Assembly (NCBI GenBank): GCA_041650615.1
Contig: JBAZKU010000001.1
Location: 91,763 to 155,762 of the forward strand
Length of the DNA: 64,000 bases
Source of the DNA: Minisyncoccota bacterium
GTDB lineage: Bacteria > Patescibacteriota > Minisyncoccia > Phycocordibacterales > UBA9973
Direction: 5' to 3'
Shown here: positions 1 through 10,476 of the stretch, in pieces
Position numbering within the stretch: the stretch's first letter is position 1
Layout: every line of letters begins with the position of its first letter
Program-made: the position numbers and the translations under genes
Notes under the pieces: model-generated
What the model was told of the DNA's origin: nothing
Databases searched by the model: none
Seen by the model: only the letters and a program-made list of their open reading frames with translations

Positions 1-159
1 GATGTGCGAACAAAAGATCGCTTAAAATATTTAACAATTTTACAAGCATATCCATATACTTGCTGTTATTGCCAGAAAAAAATTGAAGCCTATTATTTAC
101 CCGAATGGGGATATAAGAAAATTGCCTGTGAAGAGTGTTATAAGCAGAATATAAATTAA
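1..159 (+). CDS. 3' end of a gene running in from upstream; the C-terminus carries CxxC...CxxC zinc-ribbon pairs (TCCYCQ...CEECYKQ)
   Basis: Open frame 1 from the window edge to TAA at 157-159. Cys-pair spacing resembles the C-terminal ribbons of the 162/6688/8543 paralogs. Confidence 0.3.
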   Translation, partial: DVRTKDRLKYLTILQAYPYTCCYCQKKIEAYYLPEWGYKKIACEECYKQNIN

Positions 160-161
160 TT

Positions 162-1874
162 ATGCAAAGCGAAATAAAAAATTGTCAGAACTGCAAAAAG
201 GATTTCGTGATTGAGCCGGAAGATTTTAATTTCTATGAAAAAATAAAAGTGCCTCCGCCGACTTGGTGTCCGGAATGTCGGATGATAAGGAGAATGATAT
301 TTAGAAACGAACGTGTTTTTTATAAAGATGTTTGTAGTTTATGTGGAAAAAATATAATTTCAATGTATAGCCCCAACAATCAATTAAAAATTTATTGTGA
401 TAAATGCTGGTGGGGAGATGGATGGGACGAAATGAATTACGGAATGGAATATGATTGGAATACACCCTTCTTTTCACAATGGATAAAATTATTTAAACAA
501 GTTCCTTTAATTCAAGCTTGGAAGTTTAACAACATTAATTCAGATTACATAAATTATGCCACTGACGATAAAAATTGTTATCTCTCATCTTCTATATTAG
601 ATTGTGAAAATGTTTATTACTCTTATGCTGTTGATAAAAGCCAGTATATATTTGATTCAATATATTCTAATAAGTCTTCTTTGTGTTATGAAAATATAGA
701 TTCTCAAAATAATTATAATAGTATTTTTTTAATAAATTGCAGTAATTGCATAGATTCTGCTTTGTTGTTTGATTGTGTAAATTGTCAAAATTGTTTTCTA
801 TCTTCTAACTTGCGTAATAAAAAATATATTTTCAAGAATATTCAGTATTCTAAACCAGAATATAAATCAAAAGTATCAGAAATAAAAACAGGGGATTTTT
901 CTACTTTGCGAAAATCATTGTCAGAATTTACTGAAATAAAAGAAAAAAAATCAATTCATAAATATATTCAAGTAATAAATGCAATTAAGTATTTGGGAAA
1001 TAATATTGAAAATTCTAAAAATATAATTTTTTCCTTTAATATTTATAATGCTGAAAATATTAAATATTCTGCCCGTGGAGCAAATGGTAAAGATATTATG
1101 GATGTTTATGGAGCAGGAGATTCGGAACTTGTTTATGAAGGCGTTGCTCCGTCATTTAAAGGATCGAACGCACAATTTTGTATAACGAACAGAGCTTCAC
1201 ATAATATAAAATATTCTTTTTTATGTTCTGCTTCCCAAAATCTCTTTGCCTGCATCGGTCTTCGCTCCAAATCCTACTGCATTCTCAACAAACAATATAC
1301 TAAGGAAGAATATGAAGAATTAGTACCGAAAATAATTAAACACATGAACGATATGCCTTATGTTGATAAAAAGGGTAGAGTCTACAAATACGGAGAATTC
1401 TTTCCTTCAGAATTAAGTCCATTTTGTTACAACGAAACCATAGCTCAAGAATACTTTCCTCTAACCAAAGAAGAAGCCTTCAAACAAGGATATAAGTGGA
1501 AAGAGAAAGAAGAAAGAAACTATCAAATAGATATTAAAAATGAAGAGATTCCGAATGATATTAAAGAGGTAGATGATTCAATCATTAATAAAGTGATAGA
1601 ATGCGAACATAAAGGAAAATGTAACGAACAATGCACCGAAGCCTTCAAAATCATTCCAGATGAACTGACTTTCTATAAACGAATGAATCTACCTTTACCT
1701 CATTTGTGTCCCAACTGCAGACATTATCAGAGACTAAAACAACGCAATCCTTTAAAACTCTGGCATAGAAAATGCATGAAAGAAGGATGCAATAATGAAT
1801 TTGAAACCAGCTACGCTCCAGATAGGCCGGAGATTGTTTACTGTGAAAGATGTTATCAACAAGAAGTGTATTAA
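162..1874 (+). CDS. Cys-rich multi-zinc-ribbon protein, paralog A (function unknown)
   Basis: 570-aa ORF. N-terminus has CxNC-x17-CPECR plus a second CxxC..CxxC. The centre has ~20-aa Cys/Ser/Asn-rich repeats (CxNCxDSxxLxDCxxCxNCF). The C-terminal ~200 aa is conserved with the ORFs at 6688 and 8543 (MPYxDKKGRxYKYGEFFP ... LCPNCR ... NEFETxYAPDRPEIVYCExCY). Confidence 0.85.
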   Translation: MQSEIKNCQNCKKDFVIEPEDFNFYEKIKVPPPTWCPECRMIRRMIFRNERVFYKDVCSLCGKNIISMYSPNNQLKIYCDKCWWGDGWDEMNYGMEYDWNTPFFSQWIKLFKQVPLIQAWKFNNINSDYINYATDDKNCYLSSSILDCENVYYSYAVDKSQYIFDSIYSNKSSLCYENIDSQNNYNSIFLINCSNCIDSALLFDCVNCQNCFLSSNLRNKKYIFKNIQYSKPEYKSKVSEIKTGDFSTLRKSLSEFTEIKEKKSIHKYIQVINAIKYLGNNIENSKNIIFSFNIYNAENIKYSARGANGKDIMDVYGAGDSELVYEGVAPSFKGSNAQFCITNRASHNIKYSFLCSASQNLFACIGLRSKSYCILNKQYTKEEYEELVPKIIKHMNDMPYVDKKGRVYKYGEFFPSELSPFCYNETIAQEYFPLTKEEAFKQGYKWKEKEERNYQIDIKNEEIPNDIKEVDDSIINKVIECEHKGKCNEQCTEAFKIIPDELTFYKRMNLPLPHLCPNCRHYQRLKQRNPLKLWHRKCMKEGCNNEFETSYAPDRPEIVYCERCYQQEVY

Positions 1875-2410
1875 TTTTTTACACTTTTAAGAAAAGCGAG
1901 ATTTGTTTCTTCGTCTAATTTATCGGTGACGATAATCATCAATTCGGTTCCCAACCCCAAATCTTTTTTGATGTTTGTAAAAAGATGTTCATACGGAAAA
2001 GGAGAAATCCAGACGGTATTTTTAATGCAAACGAAATCCGCTTTCTTTAAAAGATAACGCAGTGCTTCGCGTTCGTTTTTTCTTTCTTCTGGAATATCTA
2101 AAATTATAATTCTCCAAAAACCATCCCAAGTGGTGGATACAAGTGCGCCTTCTCCCTCAAGCTTAATGGAGTTTAGTTTATTTTTACCTTTTTTTGTTAA
2201 TTTTAAGTAGCTTTTATTATCAGACTGAATCATTTCAACACAGCCTGACTCAACTAAATTCTTTATAGAACGGGTAGTTGCATACATCCCCTCCTTGTTG
2301 AGGAGGGGGGTAGGGGTGGTGATTTTATTCTTTATTTCTTCTAAAGAAATAGCTGGTTTTTCGGCTAAAACTTTAAGAATTTTATTAGAATATTCTTTTC
2401 TGCTTGACAT
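1871..2410 (-). CDS. putative wHTH transcriptional regulator, PaaX-like C-terminal region (VWISPFP)
   Basis: 179-aa ORF with a 4-nt overlap with the upstream gene. The motif NTVWISP resembles PaaX_C. Family assignment is weak. Confidence 0.4.
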   Translation of the reverse strand: MSSRKEYSNKILKVLAEKPAISLEEIKNKITTPTPLLNKEGMYATTRSIKNLVESGCVEMIQSDNKSYLKLTKKGKNKLNSIKLEGEGALVSTTWDGFWRIIILDIPEERKNEREALRYLLKKADFVCIKNTVWISPFPYEHLFTNIKKDLGLGTELMIIVTDKLDEETNLAFLKSVKN

Positions 2411-2510
2411 GTGTCTATGTTATCATATATACTCTAATTATACAAGTTTTCAGTGGTCGCAAAATAGTCGTTAAATAAACATTATAAGTAATAAATATAA
2501 TAGTTAATTT

Positions 2511-4421
2511 ATGAGTAAAATAATAGGTATAGATTTGGGTACAACAAATTCGGCTGTCGCTATCATTGAAGGAGGAGCGCCGAAAATTATTGAAAATGTG
2601 GAAGGTAATCGCACTACGCCTTCTGTTGTGGCTATAACAAAAAATGGTGATCGTATCATCGGACTTCTGGCAAAAAGACAAGCAGTTACCAATCCGGAAA
2701 ATACAATTTCTGAAATGAAGCGCTATATGGGCCACCGTTTTGACGATCCCGGAGTACAAAAAGATAAAACTTCTGCTCCTTTTAAAATTGAAGCGGGAGA
2801 AGACGGCGGAGTAAAAGTAAAAATGTCCGATAAATTTTATCGTCCGGAAGAAATTTCTGCGATGGTTTTACAAAAAATAAAATCTGACGTTGAGGCTAAA
2901 TTAGGAGAAAAAATAACTGAAGCAGTTATCACGGTTCCTGCATATTTTAATGATGCGCAAAGAAAAGCGACCAAAGATGCGGGACAAATTGCCGGTCTTG
3001 ATGTAAAACGTATTATTAATGAACCGACGGCTGCCGCTCTTGCTTATGGATTTAATAAAAAGAAAAATGAAAAAATAGTTGTCTACGATTTCGGTGGAGG
3101 AACTTTTGATATATCGGTGCTTGAAATTGGCGATGATGTTATTGAAGTAAAATCAACCGATGGCGACTCGCATATGGGTGGAGGAGATATTGATAGGAAA
3201 GTTATTGCTTGGATTGCCGAAGAGTATAAAAAGGAATCAGGAATTGATATTAGAAAAGATCCGCTTGCTCATCAAAGATTAAAAGAAGCGGCTGAAAAAG
3301 CGAAACATGAACTTTCCACTACCTTGGAAGCGGAAATAAATATTCCGTTCATTACTTCCGATTCTGGAGGACCGAAACATTTACTGATGAAAATGACCCG
3401 AGCCACGCTGGAATCTTTAGCCAAAGAATATATTGATCGTTCTATTGAAATAACTAAAAGAGCGCTTGAGGCATCTCCGTTTAAGATGAATGAAATAAAT
3501 GAGATTGTAATGGTGGGCGGACAAACTAGAATGCCAATGATGGTAGAAGCGGTAAAAAATCTTTTCGGTAAAACGCCGAATATGACCATTAATCCTGATG
3601 AAGTTGTAGCCTTGGGTGCTGCCGTGCAAGGAGGTGTCTTAGCCGGAGATGTGCGGGATGTATTGCTCTTGGACGTGATACCGCTTTCTCTTGGTATTGA
3701 GACATTGGGAGGGGTAGCTACAAAATTAATTGATAGAAATACAACTATTCCAGCTTCTAAATCTCAAGTATTTTCAACAGCAGCTGATAATCAGACTTCT
3801 GTGGAAATTCATATAGTACAAGGGGAACGCCCGATGGCATCCGATAATAAATCTCTCGGTAGATTTATTTTAGATGGGATTCCACCAGCTCCTCGCGGTA
3901 TACCGCAAGTGGAAGTTACTTTTGATATTGACGTGAATGGAATATTAAATGTAAAAGCGATGGATAAAGCTTCTGGCAAAGCCCAGTCAATTAAAATAGA
4001 AGCAAGTTCGGGATTGAAAGAGGAAGATATTAAAAGAATGCAAGCGGATGCCGAATCGCATGCTGAAGAAGATAAAAAGAAAAAAGAAATTGTGGATGTA
4101 AAAAATACGGCGGAAATGATTATTTACACTGCTGAAAAGGCATTGAAAGACAATGAAGCAAAAATTCCAACCGATGTGAAAGAAAGTGTCAACACAAAAA
4201 TAACTGCTTTGCGCGGAGTAAAAGATGGCACTGATACGGAAGCAATTAAAAAAGCTACCGAAGAACTTTCCAATGAAATGTCTAAAATCGGCGAAGCCAT
4301 GAGCAAGGCCGGAGGAACACCTCCTCCAGGTGCTTCAGCTCCCGAAGAGCAGGGGCCAGAAGTTCATGATGCAGAATTCAAGGAGGGGGATAAAGGTAAA
4401 GAAGAACCTCCGAAACAGTAA
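2511..4421 (+). CDS. dnaK: molecular chaperone DnaK (Hsp70)
   Basis: 636 aa with [39 protein letters not shown] and a charged C-terminal tail. Confidence 0.97.
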   Translation: MSKIIGIDLGTTNSAVAIIEGGAPKIIENVEGNRTTPSVVAITKNGDRIIGLLAKRQAVTNPENTISEMKRYMGHRFDDPGVQKDKTSAPFKIEAGEDGGVKVKMSDKFYRPEEISAMVLQKIKSDVEAKLGEKITEAVITVPAYFNDAQRKATKDAGQIAGLDVKRIINEPTAAALAYGFNKKKNEKIVVYDFGGGTFDISVLEIGDDVIEVKSTDGDSHMGGGDIDRKVIAWIAEEYKKESGIDIRKDPLAHQRLKEAAEKAKHELSTTLEAEINIPFITSDSGGPKHLLMKMTRATLESLAKEYIDRSIEITKRALEASPFKMNEINEIVMVGGQTRMPMMVEAVKNLFGKTPNMTINPDEVVALGAAVQGGVLAGDVRDVLLLDVIPLSLGIETLGGVATKLIDRNTTIPASKSQVFSTAADNQTSVEIHIVQGERPMASDNKSLGRFILDGIPPAPRGIPQVEVTFDIDVNGILNVKAMDKASGKAQSIKIEASSGLKEEDIKRMQADAESHAEEDKKKKEIVDVKNTAEMIIYTAEKALKDNEAKIPTDVKESVNTKITALRGVKDGTDTEAIKKATEELSNEMSKIGEAMSKAGGTPPPGASAPEEQGPEVHDAEFKEGDKGKEEPPKQ

Positions 4422-4430
4422 ATAATTTTT

Positions 4431-4470
4431 CCCGGACACCTTCCGGACACCTGGTGTCCGGAACCAAAAC
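4431..4470. repeat. 23-bp perfect palindrome TTCCGGACACC-T-GGTGTCCGGAA preceded by a direct half-site CCCGGACACC
   Basis: Read directly. The half-site ACCTGGTGTCCGGA is identical to 14 nt of the TWCPEC-coding motif at 8642..8655. Confidence 0.7.
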
Positions 4471-4500
4471 AAAAAGCCCTTTTAAAAGGGCTTTTTGTTT
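4471..4500 (+). terminator. rho-independent terminator after dnaK
   Basis: Stem AAAGCCCTTT / AAAGGGCTTT with a TTAA loop, followed by TTTTTGTTT. Confidence 0.7.
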
Positions 4501-4528
4501 TGATAAAAATTTAATTTTAGGGTATAAT
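4500..4528 (+). promoter_or_regulatory. promoter TTGATA-17-TATAAT, 8 nt upstream of ATG 4537 (leaderless)
   Basis: TTGATA at 4500..4505, TATAAT at 4523..4528, ATG at 4537. Confidence 0.5.
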
Positions 4529-4536
4529 TTACCCGT

Positions 4537-6624
4537 ATGGAGTTGCACGAGTTACCTAAAAATAAAGAAATAACATATATTGGTTATACCACTTACCGGG
4601 ATAAAAATCAGCTTTTTGGCATAAAACGCAAAGATAGGCGTCAGCATGTTTATATCCTCGGAAAATCCGGTACCGGTAAATCTGCGTTGATGTTCAATAT
4701 GATTATTCAGAATATTGAAAACGGCGACGGAGTTTGCATGGTTGACCCGCACGGGGAAAATGTGGAAGCAATTTTATCAGCTATTCCGCCGCACCGCATG
4801 AAAGATGTCGTTTATTTCAATCCGGCAGATACAGATTTTCATATTGGATTTAATGTTTTGGAACTCATTGACCCAAAATACAAACACTTAGTGGCTTCAG
4901 GGCTTATGGGTATTTTCACAAAAATTTGGGCGAACGCTTGGAGCGCTCGAATGGAATACATTTTAAATAATGCGATTTTAGCATTACTTGATACTCCAGG
5001 TTCAACTCTTCTCGGTATTCCTAGAATGCTAGTGGACAAAGATTATCGACAAAAAATAATCACCAATTTAAAAGACCCTGTAATCAAGGCTTTCTGGGTG
5101 CATGAATATGAGGCCTGGCAGGATAAATTCAGAAACGAAGCTATCGCGCCGATTCAAAATAAAGTCGGACAATTTCTTTCCACTTCCATTATCAGAAATA
5201 TTGTCGGTCAATCTATCAGTACCATAAATATTTTTGACATAATGAATGAAGGCAAGATTTTTCTGGTGAATGTTTCCAAGGGGCGTATCGGTGAAGACAA
5301 TTCTTCGCTCTTGGGAGGAATGATCATTACCAAAATTCAGTTGGCGGCTATGGAACGCGTGCGTATCCCGGAAGAAGTCAGAAAAGATTTCTATCTTTAT
5401 GTGGATGAATTTCAAAATTTCGTAACTGATGCTTTCGCTGGTATTTTGTCTGAAGCCAGAAAATATAGATTAAATCTTACGGTGGCCCATCAATACACCG
5501 CTCAACTTATTACGGAAAAAAATTCGAGTGTTCGAGATGCTATTTTTGGAAACGTCGGAACGATGATAGTTTTTAGAGTCGGAGCTGATGATGCGGAATT
5601 TTTGGAAAAAGAATTTGAACCGGAGTTTACCCCTCAAGATATTGTCAATTTGCCAAACTTTAAAGTCTATTTGAAATTAATGATAGATGGTGTATCATCT
5701 CGTCCGTTTTCCGCCAAGACTCTTCCGCCGATGGTAAAATCAGGCAATAAAGAAGTGGAAGAAGAAGTTATAAAAACTTCTCGCGCCCTTTATTGCAGGC
5801 CGAGAGAAGTAGTGGAAAGAGAAATAAATGATTGGAGCGGAATGTCCATCGGTGATGATAGTAATTCCGGTGGCGTAGAAAAATTTCCGGCTATATGCTC
5901 CAATTGCGGAAAAGAAACGACAGTGCCTTTCAAACCGGAGCCGGGCAGGGCAGTATATTGTAAGGATTGTATAGCCAAAATAAAATCTGGAGAAATAAAA
6001 CCGATTGCCGGAGCCACAAAACAAATCAAACAAGATGAGACCAAGTTTTATAAACCCTTGGCTGATTTAGGGATAGAGTTTAAATCAAAAGATGGAACTA
6101 ATGGTATTAATGGAGAAGCAGAAAGATATCCGGAAAGATTAGGTAAGGCCGTACCGCATGATTTTGATAAAAAAATTCCAACTTCCGCAGGAAATGCTTC
6201 ATTTGCGCGTCCGCGAATATTTTCAACAATTAAGAAAGTTTTTACTAAAGGCACTACGAATGAAAAAGCAGCTCCAGTAAAAACAGTGAGAGAAAATCCA
6301 GGGTTAAAAGAGATTTTAAATAAAGCGCTATCTGAAAATAAACCTTCTGTTTCAACACCCATTAAAACTCCAACCCCTGTTTCTGTTCCCACACCAGCCC
6401 CGATTTCTCTTGATGCTCTTAAAACAGTACCTTCAAAACCTGCCCGCAGTGCTACACATGGCGTTGCAGGCGGGGACCGCGCAGCTAGTGCTGAAGATAT
6501 GGATAAATTAAAGAATCTTATTTCAGAGAAAGTTCCCGCGTCCGCGAATAAAGCAAAAGCTTCGCCCGTAGGGACACAGCCGAGGGAAGTTCCGGAAGAT
6601 GTTTTGAGAAAAATTTTAGAGTAA
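4537..6624 (+). CDS. soluble FtsK/HerA/TraD (type IV coupling-protein)-like P-loop ATPase with C-terminal CxxC-x17-CxxC zinc ribbon and Pro/Ala/Lys-rich tail
   Basis: 695 aa. Walker A ILGKSGTGKS, then DPHGE, then Walker B FYLYVDEFQNF. No N-terminal TM segment. Paralog of the ORF at 10477. Confidence 0.75.
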   Translation: MELHELPKNKEITYIGYTTYRDKNQLFGIKRKDRRQHVYILGKSGTGKSALMFNMIIQNIENGDGVCMVDPHGENVEAILSAIPPHRMKDVVYFNPADTDFHIGFNVLELIDPKYKHLVASGLMGIFTKIWANAWSARMEYILNNAILALLDTPGSTLLGIPRMLVDKDYRQKIITNLKDPVIKAFWVHEYEAWQDKFRNEAIAPIQNKVGQFLSTSIIRNIVGQSISTINIFDIMNEGKIFLVNVSKGRIGEDNSSLLGGMIITKIQLAAMERVRIPEEVRKDFYLYVDEFQNFVTDAFAGILSEARKYRLNLTVAHQYTAQLITEKNSSVRDAIFGNVGTMIVFRVGADDAEFLEKEFEPEFTPQDIVNLPNFKVYLKLMIDGVSSRPFSAKTLPPMVKSGNKEVEEEVIKTSRALYCRPREVVEREINDWSGMSIGDDSNSGGVEKFPAICSNCGKETTVPFKPEPGRAVYCKDCIAKIKSGEIKPIAGATKQIKQDETKFYKPLADLGIEFKSKDGTNGINGEAERYPERLGKAVPHDFDKKIPTSAGNASFARPRIFSTIKKVFTKGTTNEKAAPVKTVRENPGLKEILNKALSENKPSVSTPIKTPTPVSVPTPAPISLDALKTVPSKPARSATHGVAGGDRAASAEDMDKLKNLISEKVPASANKAKASPVGTQPREVPEDVLRKILE

Positions 6625-6638
6625 AATTGGCGGGGAAA

Positions 6639-6670
6639 GGTCTTGCCTTAAGGGAGTTCAAGGCAAGACC
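6639..6670 (+). terminator. 11-bp perfect stem-loop (GGTCTTGCCTT...AAGGCAAGACC) between the ATPase and paralog B; no U-tract
   Basis: Inverted repeat read directly. A terminator or processing site is possible. Confidence 0.35.
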
Positions 6671-6687
6671 TTGAGAAGCCAAGATAT

Positions 6688-8415
6688 ATGAATAATGCTA
6701 GTGAAAAGAAAATATGTCAAAACTGTCATGCTGAATTTACCATTGAGCCTGAAGATTTTAAATTTTATGAAAAAATAAAAGTTCCACCACCGACTTTTTG
6801 TCCTGAATGCCGAACGGTTCGGCGTTTATGCTGGAGAAATGAAATGTCTCTTTTTAAGAGAAAATGTGATGCAGAAGGACATGACGAAAATGTTATTACC
6901 ATCTATCACCCCGACGAAAAACTCACAGTATATGATATAAAATCTTGGTGGGGAGATAAATGGAATGCTGTTTTACACGGAAAAGATTATGACTTCTCCA
7001 AACCATTTTTTCAGCAATGGAAAGAGTTGCGCGACAGCATCCCGCTTCAATGTCTTTCGAATTCAAAAGCAACAAATAGCGATTATTGCAATGTTGCCGA
7101 AGAAAGTAAAGATAGTTATATGTCTTCAGCTTCCTGGAAAATAGAAAAGACATTTTATTCAAATAGGATAGGAGAAACCAAAGAATCTTCAGATCTTTAC
7201 GTAGTTCATAAGTCTGAGCTTTGTTATGAAGATATATTTTGCACGGATTGTTATCATACTTTGTATTCCCTAAAGTGCAAAAATTGTGTAGATTCATATT
7301 TTTTGTATGATTGTAACGGTTGCATAGATTGTTTCGGATGTAGTAATCTTCGAAGTAAGTCATATTGCATGTGGAATGAACAGCTTACAAGGGAAGAATA
7401 TATGAACCGTTTGGCGAAACTGGATCTTAAAAGTTACAAAACGATACTTGAATCAAAAAAGAAATTTGACGAGCTTTACCTAAAATCAATTCATCGTTTT
7501 GCCAACCAGATTAGAATAATAAATTCTACCGGCGATAATCTTGATGGAGCAAAGAACTGTAAGGCATGTTTTGATACATTTGACCAAGTGGAAGATTGTA
7601 AATATTCTCATTGGAACATACGCGTGAAAGATGCATATGATTCAGGCCCAGGGGGTGGAGAAGGAGAATTGATGTATGAAATATTTGACACTGGACTGGG
7701 TAATTTTCGCAATTTATTTACTAATGTAGTTTATAGTTCTAATGACATTGAATATTCTTTTTATTGTTATGGTTGCTCATATTTATTTGGATGTATCGGT
7801 ATAAGAAATAAAAATTATTGCATTTTAAATAAACAATATACAAAAGAATCCTTCGAGGAACTCAGGACAAAAATCAAAGAGCAGATGAATGAAATGCCAT
7901 ATATTGATAAAAGAGGAATTGTCTATAAATACGGAGAATTTTTTCCAGCTGAAATTTCTCCATTTTGCTACAATGAAACTCAAGCGCAAGATTATTTTCC
8001 ATTAACCAAAGAAGAAGCGCTTAAGAGAGGGTATAGATGGCGGGATAGAAAAACTAGTGATTATGTAACGACAATACAGGCCGAAGATCTTCCAGATAGC
8101 TTGGATGATACTCCAGATTCTATTACTGAAGAGATTATAGGTTGCTTGCATAAAGGAAAATGTAAAGATCGCTGTTTAGGGGCCTTTAAAATAACAGAGA
8201 ACGAGTTTAGATTATATCACCAACTCGGAGTACCACTGCCACGCCTTTGTTTTATTTGTCGTCACGAAGCCAGATTAAGAAAACGCAACCCTATGAAATT
8301 ATGGCGCCGAAAGTGTATGAAACCTGGTTGTTCCAATGAATTTGAAACAACTTACGCTCCCGATAGGCCGGAAATAATTTACTGCGAGAGTTGTTATAAT
8401 AAAGAGGTGTATTAG
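6688..8415 (+). CDS. Cys-rich multi-zinc-ribbon protein, paralog B
   Basis: 575 aa with the same N-terminal CxNC..CPECR ribbon and the same conserved C-terminal domain as the ORF at 162. Confidence 0.85.
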   Translation: MNNASEKKICQNCHAEFTIEPEDFKFYEKIKVPPPTFCPECRTVRRLCWRNEMSLFKRKCDAEGHDENVITIYHPDEKLTVYDIKSWWGDKWNAVLHGKDYDFSKPFFQQWKELRDSIPLQCLSNSKATNSDYCNVAEESKDSYMSSASWKIEKTFYSNRIGETKESSDLYVVHKSELCYEDIFCTDCYHTLYSLKCKNCVDSYFLYDCNGCIDCFGCSNLRSKSYCMWNEQLTREEYMNRLAKLDLKSYKTILESKKKFDELYLKSIHRFANQIRIINSTGDNLDGAKNCKACFDTFDQVEDCKYSHWNIRVKDAYDSGPGGGEGELMYEIFDTGLGNFRNLFTNVVYSSNDIEYSFYCYGCSYLFGCIGIRNKNYCILNKQYTKESFEELRTKIKEQMNEMPYIDKRGIVYKYGEFFPAEISPFCYNETQAQDYFPLTKEEALKRGYRWRDRKTSDYVTTIQAEDLPDSLDDTPDSITEEIIGCLHKGKCKDRCLGAFKITENEFRLYHQLGVPLPRLCFICRHEARLRKRNPMKLWRRKCMKPGCSNEFETTYAPDRPEIIYCESCYNKEVY

Positions 8416-8451
8416 TAAAAATTAATGAACGAAGTGAATATAATTTTTTTA

Positions 8452-8514
8452 ACCCTGTTAAATAATTTTTTATAAAAATTGTTCAAAGGACATTTAACAG
8501 GGTAATGATTTTAA
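8452..8514. repeat. 12-bp perfect inverted repeat ACCCTGTTAAAT / ATTTAACAGGGT with a 39-nt loop between paralogs B and C
   Basis: Read directly. Confidence 0.6.
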
Positions 8515-8542
8515 TACTCATTTCTTTCATTTAAAATCAATT

Positions 8543-10318
8543 ATGCAAGCTGAAACAAAAAATTGTCAGAATTGTAAAAAGGATTTCGTGATTGAACCGG
8601 AAGATTTTAAATTTTACGAAAAAATAAAAGTTCCTCCACCGACCTGGTGTCCGGAGTGTAGGCTTATTCGGCGGCTTGTCTATCGTGAAGATAGACCTCT
8701 GTATAAAGATAAATGTGATAAATGCGGTAAAGATATTATAAGTATTTTTTCTCCAGGAAATCCTTTTGTAGTTTATTGTCAACCTTGTTGGTTTGGAGAT
8801 TCCTGGGATGGAAAAGATTATGGTAGAGATTATGATTTTTCAAAACCGTTTTTTGAACAATTTTATGAATTACAAAAAGTTGTTCCTAACCAGGCCACTG
8901 GTTCAAAAAATTCAGAAAATTGTAATTACTCAAATGGTAATATTCGTTGCAAGAATTGCACTTTAACCTTTGACGGTTATGAATCAATTAACTGTTACAA
9001 CTGTCAAACCCCTGGTTTTGTTCGTGATTCAATAGATTCAGATATTTTAATAAATGGTGATCATTGTTATGAGACCGTAAATTCAAATAATGTGTATAAT
9101 ACAAGATTTACTTATTTTTCTAATGATTGTTTAGATTCCTCTTTTCTTTTTAATTGTATGGGATGTTCAAATTGTTTTTGTTGTGTGAATTTAAGAAATC
9201 AAAAGTATCAAATTTTTAATAAACAATACACAAAAGAGGAATATAGAAAAGAAATAGAAAAATGGGATTTGGGAAGTTATGAAATTACCCAAGAGGCAAA
9301 AGAGAAATTCTGGAAATTTTGCAGTAAAATTCCCAGACGCTTTTCTTTAATTGTAAATTCTAAGAACGTTACAGGTGAGGATATAAAAAATACAAAAAAT
9401 TGTCAAAATTGTTTTTCTACCCTTATGGGTGTAGAAAATTGTAAATACATATTACTTTGTGGTTTATTATTGAAAGACAGTTATGATGTTACCTTAGGTG
9501 GGGGTACTTCAGAACTTTATTATGAAAATTCCGGCGGAATGCAGTCTCAAAGATGTTTTTTTGGTCGTGCCCCTTATAATTCAAAAGATATTGAATATTC
9601 GGAAAAAGTTTACAATTGTTCAAATTGTTTTGGCTGCACAAAATTAAAGAATAAACAATATTGTATCTTAAATAAACAATATACAAAAGAAGAGTATGAA
9701 AAATTAATTCCTAAAATTAAAAAACACATGGATGATATGCCTTATATTGATAAAAAAGGCAGAACCTATAGATATGGCGAATATTTTCCAAGTAAATTTT
9801 CTTTGTGGGCATACAATGAAACGTGGGCGCAAAAATATTTCCCTTTGACAAAAAAAGAAGCATTGGAAAAAGGTTTTAACTGGTATGACGAAGAAGGGAG
9901 AGATTATAAAATAACAATTAAAGCACAAAATTTACCGGACAATATTGTAGATGTCCCCGATTCTATTTTAGAAGAAATTATAGAGTGCGAACATAAAGGA
10001 ACTTGCAATGAACAATGCACAACAGCCTTTCGTATATTACCCAATGAATTGCAATTTTACAGACAAATGAATTTGGCTTTACCTCATTTATGTCCGAGTT
10101 GTCGTTATGGGCAACGTATTAAAAAGAAAAATCCACCGAGATTATGGCATAGAAAATGTATGTGTAATGGGGTAGAATCAGAAGGAGGTATTTATAAAAA
10201 TACTATTAAACATTCTCATGGGGACGGTGAGTGTAAAAACGAGTTTGAGACGGCGATAGGGCCGGAGAGAAAAGAAATAGTATATTGCGAGAAGTGTTAT
10301 CAAGCTGAATTTGTATGA
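8543..10318 (+). CDS. Cys-rich multi-zinc-ribbon protein, paralog C
   Basis: 591 aa with NCQNCKKDFVIEPEDFKFYEKIKVPPPTWCPECR at the N-terminus and the family C-terminal domain. A -10-like TAAAAT lies 6 nt upstream of the ATG. Confidence 0.85.
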   Translation: MQAETKNCQNCKKDFVIEPEDFKFYEKIKVPPPTWCPECRLIRRLVYREDRPLYKDKCDKCGKDIISIFSPGNPFVVYCQPCWFGDSWDGKDYGRDYDFSKPFFEQFYELQKVVPNQATGSKNSENCNYSNGNIRCKNCTLTFDGYESINCYNCQTPGFVRDSIDSDILINGDHCYETVNSNNVYNTRFTYFSNDCLDSSFLFNCMGCSNCFCCVNLRNQKYQIFNKQYTKEEYRKEIEKWDLGSYEITQEAKEKFWKFCSKIPRRFSLIVNSKNVTGEDIKNTKNCQNCFSTLMGVENCKYILLCGLLLKDSYDVTLGGGTSELYYENSGGMQSQRCFFGRAPYNSKDIEYSEKVYNCSNCFGCTKLKNKQYCILNKQYTKEEYEKLIPKIKKHMDDMPYIDKKGRTYRYGEYFPSKFSLWAYNETWAQKYFPLTKKEALEKGFNWYDEEGRDYKITIKAQNLPDNIVDVPDSILEEIIECEHKGTCNEQCTTAFRILPNELQFYRQMNLALPHLCPSCRYGQRIKKKNPPRLWHRKCMCNGVESEGGIYKNTIKHSHGDGECKNEFETAIGPERKEIVYCEKCYQAEFV

Positions 10319-10441
10319 TAAAAAAAATAAAAGCAAAATTAGAATATTTTAAACAAGTTCTACCAATGATTTGGCAAGTAATTAAATTTCGCGTTAAAGT
10401 CTGGTGGCATAATGTTTTTTAAATTACCCTAAAGAAGTTTA

Positions 10442-10470
10442 TTGAAAATAAGGTAAAAATATGCTAAAAT
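10442..10470 (+). promoter_or_regulatory. promoter TTGAAA-17-TAAAAT, 6 nt upstream of ATG 10477
   Basis: Positions read directly. Confidence 0.5.
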
Positions 10471-10476
10471 AACCAT

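Noticed and set aside
2411-2510. HrcA CIRCE operator (TTAGCACTC-N9-GAGTGCTAA) upstream of dnaK
   Set aside because: Not present. Only a TATAAT box 9 nt before the ATG.
2415-4306. Antisense ORFs inside dnaK (2415..2759, 2504..2692, 3272..3589, 3417..3629, 4124..4306)
   Set aside because: They are fully embedded in the opposite strand of a highly conserved gene, have no motifs, and show amino-acid composition typical of antisense translation artefacts.
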